DNA of 64,000 nucleotides, taken from assembly GCF_009914755.1 (NCBI RefSeq), contig NC_060937.1, one strand, 5' to 3'. Shown here piece by piece: positions 1 to 16,350 of this stretch (positions are counted from its first letter, which is position 1; each line of letters starts with the position of its first letter). Origin of the DNA: the human T2T-CHM13v2.0 reference genome, Homo sapiens. Position numbers and translations under genes: made by a program. The notes under the pieces are model-generated. The model worked only from the letters and a program-made list of their open reading frames with translations. It made no database searches and had not been told where the DNA came from.

Positions 1-526
1 ACAATATCATGCAGTTATGAGATATTGGTGTCCTCCTCCTAATGCACAAATACAAGTGTGAGCTGAGAAGATATACCTGCCTGGGTTATAATTAGTATTT
101 AATTGATCATAGTGCACCTGGGTTGTGGTAAAGTTCTTGCAGCACTGTTTTAAGTCAGTGAATGTGTGTGGTTTTAAATTATTTTTTAAAAAGCCAGTGT
201 AGAACTAGGAACATTCTAATCAATGACATCATTTTGATAAGGAATATATACTATATAGTAATTGGATAAATTTTATGGAATGAATGTTCCAAAAGAAGCA
301 GATTTGGCAGTGCATGTTCACCCACTGGGTGTCTCTAATATGTTAGAATTTGGTGTGTAACACATTTGAGTGGGGAGTTTAAGTACTTTCAACATCCCTT
401 TCTGGAGGATTTTTTGAAAACTAAATTCTTTGCAGTGCACTATCAGATCATCAAGAAGTGACACAAACTTGTTACTGGTAAAGTCACATCCTTTAACTAC
501 ACATTATAAAAAAAATATGCTCGTGG

Positions 527-582
527 TCTCTCTCTCTCTCCCCCTCTCTCTCTGTCTCTTTCTCTCTCTCTCTTTCTCTCTT
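527..582. repeat. (CT)n-rich microsatellite
   Basis: tctctctctc run with few interruptions, read directly. Confidence 0.9.
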
Positions 583-900
583 TGCAGTAGAGATGGCAAC
601 TATCTACCAAATATTTGTGCGTCCCCTTTCAAACCTTTCACTGAGAGGCAGCTGCCTAGGCCAGGACTGCATTTCCCAACAACCCTTACAGTCAAGTGTG
701 GCTGTGTACCTTGTTCTCACTTTATAGACAGTGTATGTTCTCTAGTTTCTTTTCTTCATCTGCTAGCCATAGGCAGAGGATTCTTAGGCTCTAGCCTGAG
801 TTCCAAAATAACCCCATGGAAGATGGTAGGCTGACCAGGAACACATACATTGGACAATAACAAAGGGTCAAGTAAATTTGATTGTGTTAAACTAAGAGAT
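583..900 (+). mobile_element. MaLR LTR remnant (MLT1J/I-like)
   Basis: gcagtagagatggcaactatctaccaaatat...ctgcatttcccaacaacccttacagtcaagtgtggc resembles the MLT1 5' end (recall). Confidence 0.6.
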
Positions 901-928
901 GTGCGTGTGTGTGTGTGTGTGTGTGTGT
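899..928. repeat. (GT)n microsatellite
   Basis: gtgcgtgtgtgt... run. Confidence 0.95.
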
Positions 929-1849
929 AAAGTATAAAATGTAATCATTCTGACAATTGCTTATAATCTTTATAATCTGGACTTTTCATACATCTGATTA
1001 AAATCCTCTTATCAGGCATCAAGATGTCACTAGTATATTAAACCCGTGTTATAAACAGAAAGTGTAATGAAAGTCATATTCAGCTTTGCTTTTTATTTTG
1101 AAAAAATGAAGCAGATCTTTAGTTGCAGTGTGTAGACCATTGCTTGTATGTATTCTTTTATCATTAAAAAACATAACCAGATAATTATTTTAGCTCTAGT
1201 AAAGAATTTCTGCTTCCATAATTTATCTGTTGTTGATGTCATAACACATAAATTTCAATCTTCTTTAATAAATATTTGGTCCCCCAAACAAAAATAATAT
1301 AATAAAAAATTCAACAAAAATTTGTAGTGAACAAGTAATGCTTCCTTCTTAATTAATTTTTAAAAAATCAATAAGCATGCATCGCTTAAATGGAAAAAGT
1401 CAAGAATTTTCTTTAACTGTATTGAAAGGTCCAAAAGTTATAAAATAAGCCCTGTAATTAATCTTTATTAATGAATGAATATAAAACAAAATAGTTTGTG
1501 TTTTCTTTACTAAAGGCCACTTCTTTACCATATACCACTCAGAAATATGAAATGATATAAGAAACTTTTCAGAGAACTCATAAGACTACATATTAATGTG
1601 AAAGAAGTTTAAGAATCAGAAAAATTGAAGTGGGATAGTCTGATAAATTCAAATATATTTTCTTATATAAGAATGTCAATGGATAAAAGCCGATAATAAC
1701 AATGTTTTACTGTTACTTAATTTGCCTTTGAGTTTTATGTCCTGATTCATTATAGCCTTGTCTGGAAGGGGAGGTATTGCTTTCACATGGTTTGAAAACT
1801 AAATTCTTTGTGATGTAGAGGGTAAAACAGGCAAGTAACAACTAAAGTA

Positions 1850-2830
1850 GCAATTATAATGCAGTATGATGTAGCCCACTATAGAGAGCAAAAACAATGA
1901 TAAGGAAGCATGTAATGGAAGAAGCAAGTAACCCAGACTGAGAGGTCAGAAACTACGTTTGTATTAAAGCCCAGGTGCTGATGAAAAGGTGGCCACGTGC
2001 AGAGTCAAGGAAGGAGTTTTCTAGGATGTTTCAACGTGGAACATCCAAGCTACAATGCATGAAGACTAAAGCAATTCCATCTTGGATGCAAATCTGCCAT
2101 GTTGACTTCTGATTAACCTTGATTCTGAGAATGCCTCTCAGATTTCTACTTCATCTACTGTCACTGTAAATTCTGCCCTGAGGTCAAAACAACCTTGACC
2201 ATACATCCTGACCTTTGGCAGATTCACATAGCATTCTTGCCTTTCATTGAGGGGTCCAGTTCAATTGTCCTACACATTCCTTCCCTATGGTTTATAAGCC
2301 CTGAGCATATGAGGTAACAGTGAGAGGATCCACCATCTTGTCTCATGGTCAACTGAGATGCAGACATGGCTTCTGTTCACATGTCCCTATTAAATATTTC
2401 TTTCTAAGAAACTGTATCTGTCAGCACTTTTCTTCAGTGTCTCAGCATCCTAGGCTGTTGGAGGTAGGTTTGTGTAGACCTTCTCACCGCTGGAACAAGG
2501 TGTGAACAGGATGTTAGTTCACACAGCCTTATAAGTCATTTGAAGAGCTTTGAGCTTCATCTTAGGAGCACTGGAAAGCTAATAAAGGGTTTTAAGCAGG
2601 ATAGAGACACAGTATTGTGCTGCAGGATGTTTACTTGTGTAACAGAGTCGGGAAAGAAGAGATGGGCTGTCAGGTTACCAGTGTTGGAACGAATCCAGGG
2701 AAGAGATTATGGTGGCCAAACTAGGGTAGTGGCCATGGGTGTGAAAGAAGCAGATTCAAGAGACACATAAGGGTGTCCATTGGATTTAGTGACTTTAGAG
2801 AGGAGAGGCAGGAGGTGAGGGCTTCTTTTA
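1850..2830 (-). mobile_element. L2 fossil interrupted by a solo LTR
   Basis: Purine-rich antisense L2 motifs such as gagctttgagcttcatcttaggagcactggaaagctaataaagggttttaagcagg on both sides of the LTR at 2056-2497. Confidence 0.55.
2056..2497 (+). mobile_element. Solo ERVL LTR (LTR47-like)
   Basis: TG...CA ends; ctaaagcaattccatcttggatgc 5' motif, TATA-like tttataagccc, attaaa polyA signal, ggtaggtttg 3' end. Confidence 0.75.
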
Positions 2831-5800
2831 CTTTCTAATCACTTTTTGAGTGGGTTTCTACTTAACTTTTGAGGTCAGGTTACTAGCCCCTCGTGTGATC
2901 TCAAATTGAGGATTTTAGTCCTATCTCAGACCCAAATGAGAAGCAAAAAGCCATCAAAGCCTGTCAATGTGGTCTAACATCTAATCTCTCCCCTTCAACC
3001 CAGGAGCCAGGAGACCATCCCAAGTTTGTATTTCAAGTAGTTCTATTTTCTACAGTCAATGCTTGTTCCTCATTCCTGCTATGTACCAGAAACTTAGGAG
3101 TTACTCATAATTTGAGATGGTGGGTTTTGATGTATTCTGACACATGAAGGTTTTGTGCTATTTTTTCCCTGCTCCCTTCAGATTTACTCTGTGGCCCTCC
3201 GAGACTTCGTGTAACAGCAACTGCATTTTAATGCAATGGCAGCTATGGAAAACACAAAACTATCAGTCATTGTCAAATACTCCATAAATGGAGACAGAGA
3301 AGGGGTTCAGTTCTCTGTGTAACAAGGACAGAGGAGAAAGGTCAGTGATATATCATGTGGTATAGGATTTTCCCTTAAGCAATCTTCCGCTAAGACTTGC
3401 TCACAGTGTGGAAGCTTTTGTCTGCCCAGAGACTGAATTCTAAAACCACTCCTCAACTTAAAGTTCCAAATATTCAACGCTCTGTATAGCATTGGAGAAA
3501 GTGTAGAAGACGCTGCAAATGCATTTAGGGAAAAAATTAATTTTTGCCATTCGTGAAGTCCAGGAACTAATATTAACAGTTGTTTAACTTATGAAAAATT
3601 AATTAGATGACTTATAAATTATGTATGTGGGAAAAAGAAAATCTGTCAGTGGGTGGTTTGAGGATTCAGAAGAGCACTTAAGTTGATAACAAAAGGTATT
3701 TTGTGCAGCAGGTCACATTGGGGTAGGCTTTTATTCTTCTTTTGTGCCTGAAAATGGTGAATACAGAATTGTTCTTATGTAACTCCCTGGTAGTGAGGGA
3801 ACTAGTCATTCCCATAACACATTTATCATTATGTGTGTGTCTGCTATTTAGAAGTATAGAAGAGAGTAGACAAAAATTTAATGAGAAAGTCAGAGAACTG
3901 AAAAGTCGCTAGAACAGCTAGAATATCTGAATGCTGAACCCGTCTGCCTAGCAACATGGCACAACCTCATAATGAGCCCTTCTCCCAGATCTCTTGAGAA
4001 AAGAATAAACATAGCAACCCTGGAAGTCAAACTCATACATGTGATATAGAAATTAAACAACAGATCTAATTCTGAAACAAGTTTAGATTTATCTGTATTT
4101 TAAAAAATATTGTAGAGCAATGAAATATATTTTCTTAATCTGACTTTTAAAGGAATATTTAATTTATGGTACTTTTTTCTGGTTAATTTTATCTTTTCCA
4201 TACCAAGTAATATAGGCAGTTGCAACATCCATGAAGAGTTGTTAATTGGAGCACAAGGTACTAGAAATGTTCAATCTCACTTTGAAAGACACATTACAAA
4301 TATGAATATCAATTAACATGCCTTTAAAAAAGTTATATAAATCTATTTTTGGGAAAATGTTTATTTTGAATAATTAAAAACAAAGGTGATTTGAACTCAA
4401 AATAATTTATTGTAGTTTAAATTTTATAATGAAAAGAAAAATAACGATGATTTAGGAAACAGCTATTCTGAGTTAACCATATATTTATCTTCACTTTCAA
4501 CCTTTGTAGGCATAATTGGAGTCTCTAGTATAAATCAAATAACAATCTTCAATTAGTATATCATAGATGATTAAGCATTGTATGAAAGAAATCAAATTCT
4601 GATACTCTCTGATTTTCTACTGCTGTTTCCCTTTTACTCTTTTCCTTAAGCTTCTTAAAGAAGAGATATGTTGTTTTCTGTATTTAAAAAAAATAGTGCA
4701 ATTAACACTAAGCAGCAGTGTCTCAAATAAATAGGAAGACATTGATAAATTTGGCCAGAATTACAAAGACTTCTAAAAGAAAAGTATTAATATACCTATA
4801 GGATGGTCTAAAATTCAGAGAATACTTTTCTCCACATACTGAATAATCAGGTAGTCATTTATAATTCCAGGTGGGTGTGGCTTCCTTCATTTTAGGGAAG
4901 ACTGACTAAGGGCTTCACTGTAGTATTGTAGTATTCCACTGGTTTTCAAGGTAATATTACCCTTGAGATTTTATCTTATACTTAGGATTCTACAGAAAAA
5001 AAATTATGCGTGAAAATATTAACTGCAACTTTATGGTCAACTCTAAGGTCCTCTTTTAATCCACAGATGCCCAAATACTAACTTAAAACTGAGTGAATGA
5101 AACATGTCTCATTATATTCTAGGCATCTGCAGTGTCAAATCTACAGAGACAAGTGCACCTGGAGACAAATGACCAGACTACCATAAAACAGAAGCTTAAT
5201 TATGTTCACTTACATTTTCAAATTATTCCCAACAAATTACCCTGGTAGGTGACACATCCATCAAGCCAAGACTCTAATTTCACATTCACAGTAATATGTT
5301 TCTGTAAACTACTGTAATAAGGTTTTAACTAAATTTTCCCCTTGACCTTACTGTGCTGAAATATTGCAGGCTGTATGTTTTCCAGTTTCTCCAATTAATT
5401 TCTGACCTTGGTGCTGCCTGGGCACAATGAGGCAAGTGAAGGGTGGAGATCAGATTTAATTTTGAATTTCCTGACTGCTGCTGGTCTGTATCTCAACTTG
5501 AACATTACTTAAACATGTTATTTTTGGTCAATGACTTTTTTATGCAGCACACTGGGCAGATATAATTAAGCAGGCTAAGTTTTGTTCTCAGCTGTCCTCT
5601 AAGTTCTTGCATGGGAACTTGGAGTCTCAACAGGAAACACCTGTATGGTGGTTGTATACCAAGCATTCCCAGAGAATTAATATATAACATTGTTCCTGAG
5701 CTTCTCAAGCTATTCCCCAAATAGAAATGCCCAGCTGTATTTGAAGGCTGTATTTTCGATTACTAGTGAAAATGCAAGCTTTTAACTTAAAAGTAAACTT

Positions 5801-5918
5801 TATTATAAAGATCTATTTGGCTTAGCTATATTAAGGGTCAGCCTCATCATTCGTTTATTTCGTCATTCAATATTAGACTTTTTAAAATTCAAACAACCTT
5901 TATTGAATGCCTACACTA

Positions 5919-6267
<349 letters not shown>

Positions 6268-6614
6268 GGAAAAAAATATGTGTATATATATGTATACATG
6301 TATTTGGTGGTGTTCTTGCTGTTGTTGTTGGTTCTGTCTCTCCGGTGGGCCCTGTCTAATACATTGGGGGCCTTTGTCAGTTTCAGCCCCAGCTAAGGAT
6401 GGGAAAATAGGTTCCTCCCAAGAACTTGCAGTTACAATCTTCTCTCATTCAGCTATAGAATTTGAATTTACTACAACAGAGATGTCCAGATGACATCTAG
6501 TTAAGAAATTGAAGTTATCAGGGATCTGTTCTGCCTCCATGGAATATAACAGAAGCAAGCCCAATTCTAGTCAATGATGATACATGTTCCCCCAGACCCC
6601 ACAGTATCCCTACA

Positions 6615-7200
6615 GATAAAGCATCAACTCAATAAAAAATTAGGATTTGTATTCAAAACATACACATAACTACTAAAATTCAATAATAATTTTAAAAAAC
6701 TATATAAGTTGAAAAATTGGCAAAAAAAAATCTGAATAGACACCTCGCCAAAGAAGATATACCGATGGCAAAGAAGCTATTAAGATATGATGAATATTAT
6801 GTCATTAAGGAATTGCAAAGTAAAACAATGATGCAACACCACTACATGCATATTATAATGGTGAAAATCCAAACACTGCTAACATCAAATGCTGATGAAG
6901 ATGTGGCACAAGAGAAACTGTCATTCATTGCTGGCGGGAATACAAAATGGTACAGCCACTTTGGAAGACAGCTTGTCGGTTTCTTACAAAACTAAATATA
7001 GTCTTAGTGTAAGATCCAGCAATCACATTTCTAGGTATTTAGCCAAATAAGTTGAAAACTTATATTCATACAAAAATATGCACATAAATATTTACAGAAG
7101 CTTTATTCATAATTGCCAAAGCTTGGAAGGAAGCAAGATATCCTGCAATACGTGAATAGATAAACAAATTGCAGTATATCCATATCTTACTGAGTAATTA
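6615..7200 (+). mobile_element. Old L1M fragment (ORF2 3' end / 3'UTR)
   Basis: ORF 6717-6995 (LNRHLAKEDI...KWYSHFGRQ) is degenerate L1 ORF2 C-terminus. Confidence 0.85.
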
Positions 7201-7245
7201 CCACTCATGGGTTTCAAGTTACTTAGTGATAAGAAGATGTGATCT

Positions 7246-7325
7246 GGCTGGGTGCCATGGCTCACACCTGTAATCCCAGAACTTTGGGAGGCCAAGGCAG
7301 AAGGATCGCCTGAGCCGCAAAAAAA
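7246..7325 (+). mobile_element. Truncated Alu left-arm fragment
   Basis: ggctgggtgccatggctcacacctgtaatcccagaactttgggaggcc, stopping after about 73 bp at an A7 run. Confidence 0.9.
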
Positions 7326-7560
7326 CTTGTAGATAAATGTGCATAGTAGCTTTATTTAAAATATATAAATATTGGAAACAATCCAAATATCCATCAACAG
7401 GTGAATGGAGGAGCAAATTATGTTACAATAAAATACTACTCACCAACAAAATGAATAAACAATTGATACATGGTACAGTATGAGTGAATCTAAAATAATT
7501 ATGCCAAGTAGGGGAAGCCAGACAAAAAAGAAAATGTGCTGTATGATTTTATTAATATAA
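7320..7560 (+). mobile_element. Second old L1M 3' fragment
   Basis: ggaaacaatccaaatatccatcaacaggtgaatgg is a typical L1M 3' motif. Confidence 0.75.
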
Positions 7561-7699
7561 ACATATTGGTTAACATGAGGGCTCATTTATGTCATCATAG
7601 GCTTTATGAAAAAACATCAACAGCAAGAAAAATAATTATAGAATGTCAAAATTGGAGAGTAAGAAATAAGATGGAATAAAAATACTATAAATAAAAGAA

Positions 7700-8620
7700 A
7701 TGAATATAAATTAAGATCAGCATGGTTGAGTATTTTTCTCCAGTAATGTTTAGGGCATTGTTATACATGGAGTAGGCAAAGAGTTGGATCTAACTAAGTT
7801 TGGAGTTTGGTGAGGAGAGTATGTCTAAGAGCAAAGCAGCAAGTGACTGAGGATATATAATAGGAAGTTATAAGCAGAGTTGAAGGAATATAAGCTGAAA
7901 GCAGGAAAGAAAAATTTTGAATGGAATTAGGGTCAAAGACAAAGTAGAAAATTCCAGTATAGCCAAAGAATTATTGGAATTTGAGTACTAGAGTCAGTGA
8001 GCTAGAAAATAGGAAGCATTACAATTAGTCAAAAAGTAGGATGATTACACCTGAGATAATAGAAGGGGTACAGTTATTGGAAACATCAATATTTAGGATA
8101 TTAGCCTGAGAGTGGGTAGCTAATGTGGGATAGAGGGCAAGATCATTGGAGTAGAGAAGTCAAGGAACTGAGAGGCCAAGATGTTGGAAGAACGGTCCAC
8201 ATAGATACTGAAATTGCTAAGAACGATGACAATCACATAGGATAGAGTGACAGTACTCTGCTAAAAGAAACTTTTAACAAATGACAGGAATAGCCCAGGG
8301 AAATGCACAGAGGCAAATCTTAGGATAGAAAGAGCTTCAAAAATGAGGCTTTTTTAGGGAGTAAGGAAGGTAAGCAATTGGAAATGGTAATTATCAGTAA
8401 TAACGTCTCCTCATCACCAGATTTAAGACGAGTTGACTGTGGGAGGAAAAAATGCTCCATTTGAGAGAGCTGCCAGGGAAAGAATTTCAGGGGAGAGACA
8501 GGTTTCCCTCAGATAAGGAAAGTGAAGGGAACACTCACAAGACAGTTTGAGCATATAGAGAATTTCGTTGGTTACAGATGTGAGTACCAAGAAATATTGA
8601 CAAAATTGTTTAGGAAGAAA
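7700..8620 (-). mobile_element. L2 fossil (ORF2 region)
   Basis: Purine-rich antisense L2-like text (agggcaagatcattggagtagagaagtcaaggaactgagaggcc). Confidence 0.5.
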
Positions 8621-10279
8621 TCTTGTTTATGTGTGGACTATGAATAGATTTTGTTCTGTAAACTGTGTACTTAGGCAGATGTTTATGCGTAGATGGTTGT
8701 TGTGGTTGGCTTCCCATTCAATAAAGACAGCCTCTTTATGTCCAATATTATCATTTACAAACATCAAAGATGTTCTTTTTTTTCCCAACCATTATAATGT
8801 GTGTATGTACATATGTATGGCTAATATCACTAACCAGGCTACAATTAACTCAATTTAAGACCCATATATAAACCACATAGAGAACAGAAGTGTCAACACA
8901 GGCACAACATAATTGGCACATCTCAGATGGGGAACAGGCATTAACCAGAACTTGTAAGAACACTTAGTACCATAGTTTCCTGTTTGTCTGCTTAAACAAC
9001 AAGCATCTTCATACAGCTCTGATATTTCTCAATATGTTGAATAGGATATGCTCATTCTCATTGACTAGAAGGTGCAATTCCTATTTTAGTGAATCCCGGT
9101 TCCCCATTGCCCTAGTTTACACAAAGCAATGTGCATTGCAAGTGCAGAGGAAGTTTGAGGGATGAGGTTGGGATTGAGGTTCACTCTGCCAGGACACCAC
9201 TCGCTTCACTTTTCCCGAGATTTAAGGAGGGCAAAGGGAGCTGCCAGTGCCACGAGCTAGCTCCCACATCAGTAGCCCACCTCTCAAACTTTAAGTGGCC
9301 TGAAGAAGGAAAGTTAATTGCTCTATAATTACAGCCTTGGCTGGGTAAACTCATTTTCAGGCAGGTCATGGAGACAAAGAGCTTGTGTATTGTCTTTCCA
9401 TGCAGTGACATTCATAGTGGGATGATTTTGTGTGCTTTGAGGATCAAGAATCCCATTATCCTGTCCTATGTGTGGTCAAAAAATTCTTAATATTTTTGCA
9501 TTACATAACTTAAACACTAGACATTATTTTTCTATTGAACCCTGTTATTTAGCCTTTGCATAGTTAAGGGATCTAAAAATTGCAGTCATCATATGCCCAA
9601 AGTTTTAATGTGACTAGATCAAGCTGGCATATTAAAAATTTTAAGGAAGTTATTCAAAACATGCATCCTTTTAGGAAACTTTAAAATTTACCAAAAAAAA
9701 AGAGTTAAAGTGGAATTTATTTTCTTCAAATTCCTTTATAATATCTTTAAAAAACCCCCAAAAACTGATGACTCCCAAATCCCACTACTCTTTATAGAGA
9801 AAAAAAAATACTATTTTTAAAGATTTATGCTACTTTTAGTTTCATAATATCTCTGGAGACTATAAATTGGTGCTTTCTACGGAACAATATATCAAGCTTG
9901 TTCTTTAAAGTTTAAATAGCTGCTAAAACTAATATTTTAAAAAAGAATAGAATAGCTATATCATTTAATTGTCTATTATTCTGTCATTTAATCAATTTAT
10001 GCTTTATTTTTATGATTCTCATCAAAACAATAGCAATGTTCAAGAATTTTTAGTCAACTTCAGCTTGAGCAATAGTGTTTAAACATGCCTATTATGCAAA
10101 TTATTTCTCAACATTCTTAGAAAACATATCTGTGTTGTTATTGTTTTATCATTTCTATCAGTTTAGATAGCAGAGGTGTTAGTGAAACTCAACACATCTT
10201 TAAAATTTTTCTGAGATCTAATAGCTGTTCATAACAGAAATTTCTCTTTAGGAAAAAAATTTCACTGATGTTTGAAGCC

Positions 10280-11100
10280 TAAATTCATTCCATAGACAAT
10301 AATCAGGAGTGTAGTATATGTCTGGCAGTCTACCAAACAATGAGAATGTGGATATGAGAAACATAGAGTCCTCTAGAGAGAGAGGGAGGGATTCCAATAA
10401 TTCAGGGAACTCTCCTCAATGAGAAAGTATGTTTAAGTTAAATTTGTAATGTTAGTTTTTCCAGGCAGAAGAAGCAGAGTGAAGAGAGGACATTCCAAAT
10501 AAAATGAATGGTATGTACGAACGTAGTATGTATGGAGTGATGGGGTACAAGTATAGTAATTCAGTGTGGCTGACATGTGCTTAATAGGGAGAACAATGAG
10601 GGAAGGGGCTCAAAGGGAAGATACCTGTCAATCATGAGGGACTCTACCTGCCATGGGATTTGTTATTTGTCTCTTGGTTATGGAAAGCCGTTGAAGGATT
10701 TTTTTTTTTTTAAGCAAAAGATGGCTGGACTGAATTTATATTTTAAAAATTGTTTTGGCAATCATGATCATCCTCAAGTTATCAGTTGAATGCTTGTTAT
10801 ATGTATTATCATAGTTAATCTTCAAAAACACACTGTGAATGAAATACTACTATTATTCACATTTTACAAATAAAGGAGTTAAGGAATGTGTCCAACATCA
10901 TTCATCTATTAAGTGATGGCGTGTTGGGATTTTAAACCAGGCCATTTAAATGAAGCCCCCTCTCTTAACTTCTACATGTCACTGCCTGAGTACATTCTAC
11001 TGTAGTGCAGAGGATAGGGGATGGGCAAAGGGACTATTGAAATAGAGTAGGTAAAACAGTGGTTGATGAGAAACAAATAAACTTAAGAATTATTTAAGAG
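10280..11100. mobile_element. L2 fragments with a MIR at about 10780-10990
   Basis: tactattattcacattttacaaataaagg...tgtccaacatca is the MIR core; flanked by L2-like ggaaagccgttgaaggattt. Confidence 0.55.
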
Positions 11101-11789
11101 TATAGTGTCCAAATACCTTGTTTTGAATTGGATCCATCAGCATTTGAACTGTCTGAAAAATATACTGAGAAATATTTTATATTTTTAATTAAAAAGTATG
11201 ATTACTACATTATGATACAATTTGTGTGCAAGTCTCCTCGCCCATTCTCTGGGGCTACATTGTGAGTAATTCAGCTTATTTGCTGTCTGGTTAGCCGAAG
11301 GCTTATTATACAATCAAGGCAGATCACAATGGCCAGCTGCGTGGATAAAATTTCTATGAGCTTGTCCAACAGGAGATAATATACAGACACACTATATTGC
11401 TCAAATTTTCTTTTCATAAATATAATATTCATGCTTTTTGTTCAGCTTTTATCTTTGTCATATCTTTATGTGCTTTTTTCAGGAAAGAAATATTTGGTGG
11501 GTTTAATAGGCTGATTATTTTAAATCAAAACCTTTGTTCAACACTGTCTTGTGATAATTAAAAGAAAAATACCGGTTTGTTGTAAAGAAAGCTACATTTG
11601 TATGGTAGAAGGACTTTTTTTCTGGTTTTTATAGTCAATAAACATACCGGTACATTTACATCTAAAATACTAAATACATACCCAAGAGTGTTCAAATATT
11701 TCATGATATGGTTTCTTTCTGATAATTCACTATAGTATGCCCTAAATAATTGTATCTGGATTATCAATAGAGTCCCATCTAACTCAGTA

Positions 11790-12295
11790 AAAAAGGCAAT
11801 GCTCTAACCATGTTCTGTCGGGTCTTTCATGACTGATCCAGCTGTTTCAATCCCCCTGTCCCCTGTTATCTACCCAACATCATTTTCCATCCCCCTCCCC
11901 CATCACTTACTCTTCCTGGCCATATTGACTGCTTTCCTTTTCCTCAAACATGCCAAGCACTCAAGGTCTTTGCAATTGCTGCCCTCATGATTGGGACACT
12001 TTTCCTTCAGTTATCCAGATGGCTGGCTGCCTCATTTTCTTCGAGCCTTTGCTTAAAATATCGCTCGATCAGAAAGGCCTCCTAAACCACCCTACGTATA
12101 CCACTTCTTCCACAAAACTCTTTCTCTCTTACCCTGTTTCATTTTCCTTCATTGCAATATCCCCAACAGATATAGTATACATGTATTTGTATATTTGTTT
12201 GTCTCATAGCACTAAGATGTAATCTCCATTAAGTCAATACCTAGGATATAATATTCACTGACTTTGAATGGAAAAATATGTTAATAAATGAACAA
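11790..12295 (+). mobile_element. L2a 3' end
   Basis: ttcctcaaacatgccaagc...caaggtctttgca and terminal gttaataaatgaa. Confidence 0.75.
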
Positions 12296-13549
12296 CAGGC
12301 AATTTTTTCCACCTAAATGCACTGCTCCTCCAAATTTGTTTAAAGTGGTTTAATGTATTTTTCAATTGCTTTATCTTGGCAACATGGAAAGAATATTTAG
12401 CATTATGAATACTCTATGAAGGGATCATTGCAAATATTTAAGCTTAGGTCAGTGAGGCATAGATTTAATTTTGTTTCATTTTTAATATACCATTCACTTC
12501 TTTGAAAGCAAAATGTCTTTTTAAAGAACAAAAACTATATTAAATACACACTATCTAAATAAAACATAAGGATATTATAGGTTGTCGTCAAAAACATTTT
12601 TCATATTGTCAGTACATATTTTGCACACTATTGTTTATTAAATATTGAGAATTTTTTTTGGTAAAAGCTAATTAAAGAATCCAAAGAACCAAATTACCAA
12701 ATTGATGAAGACAGGGTGAGAGGAGTTAATTAAGGTTTTATCTATTGGTGTGTAAACAGGTGGTCATTGCATTAACCCAGACAGAAACCCAGATTGAAAA
12801 ATTCAAGAAATAATTAGGGGAAAGGAGAGTAGAGATGGAAAAATACGTTGGTTTTGATATCCTGTTTTACATCCAATTTTAGTTGTCCAATAAGTAGTAA
12901 TCGGAATTGTAGCTCTGAATCTTAGAAGTATGTTCTGGAAGTAAATATTTTATAACTTTTAGAATGTATACAGTCATTGAAATTATGTGGATAAGGAAGA
13001 TTACTTAGGGAGGGTGTATATGTCAAGGTGAGAAGGTGGAAAATATTATTTCATAAATGCTTAGCTCACCAATTATTTTTACACCCATTACAGTTATTTA
13101 TTATTCTTTACTGTCTCTGCATTTATATTCCTCCATTTTTACTGTGTTTTTAATTAATTTCTTTTTTCTCAATAGGTGATGCTAGATGTATTTATTTTAT
13201 CACTTTATTGAAACAAGCGACTTTTAGTTTTCATTAACATTTTAATTGCTTTTTTGTTTTCTATTTTTTTGATTTTTACTCTTTATAATTTCCTTCCTTC
13301 TAGTTTTTTGAGGTTTACTTCGTTCTTCTTTTTCTAGTTTCTTGAGTTACATGCTATGGAAAGAGAAAATTTAAAGTGTCATTTTTTTAATGTAGTTATT
13401 ATATACTCTATGTTCTGTGATTCAGTTTTTGATTTTTAAATATTCTGTTTGGCTATTAGGTCATGGTTGAAGCCAAATACTAAGCCTCTAATTAGCACTT
13501 GTCAGTGAAAATCTTTGGTAGAATAAAAGATTGTTGAATATAGTGCAGT

Positions 13550-14000
13550 GTGTGTCAGTTAGCTATTGCTATCACAGTGCTGTATAACCAGCTACTCACA
13601 AATGCCAGGGACTTAAGACAGCCATAATTAATCTCGTAGATTTGTGGGCTCACTGATGGGCTCAGCTGTATGGCTCTGTTGATCTCAAGGGGGTTTGGTC
13701 TTTTGTCTAGGGTTCAGCTGGAGGTGAGTTGATGTAGGTTTTATGTGGCTGGGATGGCTGAATTCTTTTGCCCAAACAAGCATATTTTTCTTGTGGCAAT
13801 GGCAAAGGCGAATGAGAGCTAGCTCAATAATGCAAGCACTTTTCATGTTGTTGGTCATGTGACACCCAATAACACTCCATCGCAAGTCAAGTCACAAGAC
13901 AGAAACCAAAGTCTAGGGGGTGGGAATACATAATCCTCTTTAGTCAGACTGCAAACATCCCTTGTCACAGAGAATGGGTACAGGCGTAGATGGAGAACAA
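13550..14000 (-). mobile_element. MaLR LTR (MLT1-type), antisense
   Basis: tgtgtcagttagctattgct...gctgtataacc matches the reverse MLT1 terminus. Confidence 0.65.
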
Positions 14001-14429
14001 GAGCTTTTACTGAAATTAATTGAAAACACAATACAACTATAGATAGCTTGAGTCAGTATTATTTTTAAAAGCTTGATGGCACCAGGAGAAGAAAGCTAAC
14101 CAATGCTCAGATGAAGTACATTTTGTGTCAAATTTTAAAATGCTTTGAATGTTATATTTTAAAATATGCTTGTCATCATAAGCATCCTTTGCTCCTTCCT
14201 TTTTCAGAAGCCCCCTGAAACACACACACACACACAAAGTTGAACCTTACTTCTTGTGAAATTAACTGTTCATTTCAAAGCCGTACTTATGAATTGGTGG
14301 CGAAGCAAACACCATGAAATCAGTCTCTATACTTGGATGTAGACAAATGGTATTCCACTGTTAGAAATATCTTAGATTCTGTCTCCAACATTAATATTGA
14401 TCATTCGATTTTTGTTTCTTGTTATTTAT

Positions 14430-16350
<1,921 letters not shown>

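Noticed and set aside
430-834. 134-aa ORF with a hydrophobic stretch
   Set aside because: Built from a CT microsatellite and a MaLR LTR; non-ATG start.
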